This document shows positions 63,151 to 64,000 of a DNA stretch of 64,000 nt, piece after piece; within the stretch, counting starts at the first letter, position 1; the number at the start of each line of letters is the position of its first letter. Source of the DNA: a virus. The stretch lies in IMG/VR virus record IMGVR_UViG_3300046463_000548, positions 89,707-153,706 of that record; one strand, given 5' to 3'. A model generated the notes under the pieces. The model saw only the letters and a list, made by a program, of their open reading frames with translations, was not told the DNA's origin and made no database searches. Position numbers and translations under genes: made by a program.

Positions 63151-63921
63151 ATGGCAAAGAAGAACGCTGCAACTGCCGCTGCACCGAAAGCATCGGCTAT
63201 CGGTTTGGCTGTCTACGCTCAGGTCACAGCCAAGGTTCTGGCTGATGGCGCACCGAAGGACGGTGCCTACTTCGGTGAAGGCGGTCTGGTGATCCCGCGC
63301 ACGAATGTTATCACGGTCGTGGGCAAGACGATTTACTACCGCAAGCTCGAACTGATCGGCAGCATTAAGGAAGTCACGATCAAGAACGACGTTGTGATCT
63401 ACATCACGGACGCAGGTCCTGTGATCGCGCTCAACCCGGCTGATCTTCACATCGGTGAAACTCTGAGCGCGCCGGTCGCTGCTGTTGCTGCTGAATCGGA
63501 CAGCGACGAAGAGGAAGACGACCAAGACGACGAACCGGCACCGGCTCCGAAGAAGCGCGGCGCTAAGAAGCCCGCTGTCGCTGCTGACGAAGACGACGAA
63601 GACGAAAATTCGGACAACGACGACGAAGATGAAGACGACGAACCCGCTCCGAAAAAGCGCGGCAAGAAAGTCGTTGACGAAGACGACGAAGACGACGAAC
63701 CGGCACCGAAGAAGCGCGGTAAGAAGGTCGTAGACGAAGACGACGAAGACGAAGATTCGGACAACGACGACGAAGACGAAGACGACGAACCGGCACCGAA
63801 GAAGCGTGGCGCCCGTAAGCCCGCTCGTGACGAAGATGAAGATGAAGACGACGAACCCGCTCCGAAAAAGCGTGGCAAGCCGTCGCGCGATGAAGACGAA
63901 GACGAAGAAGAGATGTTCTAA
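63151..63921 (+). CDS. Hypothetical protein with acidic/basic repeat tail
   Basis: Five DDEPAP(AP)KKRG units; GAGGA RBS. Confidence 0.75.
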   Translation: MAKKNAATAAAPKASAIGLAVYAQVTAKVLADGAPKDGAYFGEGGLVIPRTNVITVVGKTIYYRKLELIGSIKEVTIKNDVVIYITDAGPVIALNPADLHIGETLSAPVAAVAAESDSDEEEDDQDDEPAPAPKKRGAKKPAVAADEDDEDENSDNDDEDEDDEPAPKKRGKKVVDEDDEDDEPAPKKRGKKVVDEDDEDEDSDNDDEDEDDEPAPKKRGARKPARDEDEDEDDEPAPKKRGKPSRDEDEDEEEMF

Positions 63922-63936
63922 GTAGCCGTCTGCGTT

Positions 63937-63980
63937 GGGGTAGGGAGCACCTGTATTGCAGGAGGTTCCCTGCCCCTTTT
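63937..63980 (+). terminator. Rho-independent terminator
   Basis: GGGGTAGGGAGC..GTTCCCTGCCCC followed by TTTT. Confidence 0.7.
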
Positions 63981-64000
63981 GCGTTCGAAACATACATGGT

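Noticed and set aside
1-64000. Prophage, transposon or phiKZ-like nucleus-forming phage
   Set aside because: No integrase, transposase, host genes, multisubunit RNAP, tubulin or shell protein recognised in this window; family A polymerase and a sigma factor point to another lineage

Overview
64 kb of a large lytic dsDNA tailed phage genome. It is myovirus-like and probably jumbo-sized; the host is probably a GC-rich proteobacterium (inference only). Genes run on the minus strand from ~53.4 kb to 1, except a small plus-strand island at 39.6-40.3 kb. They run on the plus strand from ~53.9 kb, with a ~0.5 kb non-coding switch region next to an SF2 helicase-like gene. Recognisable modules: tail/baseplate genes, portal, RuvC, large terminase, RecA-like recombinase, SSB-like protein, a phage sigma factor, ThyX, two DNA methyltransferases, spanins, primase, family A DNA polymerase, RecD/Dda helicase, GroES, Mre11/SbcD nuclease, Nudix and DnaJ proteins. 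The 37.8-48.8 kb region holds 10 canonical tRNAs and many structured RNAs that are not tRNAs. The main result is an ORF-free ~650-nt unit (38483->37830) with its own promoter motif and terminator. It contains two tandem circularly permuted tRNA-like modules (T-arm, closed acceptor stem, D-arm; YrlA/Y-RNA-like order) just downstream of an uncharacterised helical protein, and is a candidate undescribed RNA-protein system. Four further tRNA scaffolds have replaced or expanded anticodon arms; two share an identical bulged T-arm. A GTAAATA motif occurs at least 17 times, always co-oriented with transcription. All RNA folds were paired by eye and all protein calls come from motif recognition; no searches were run.
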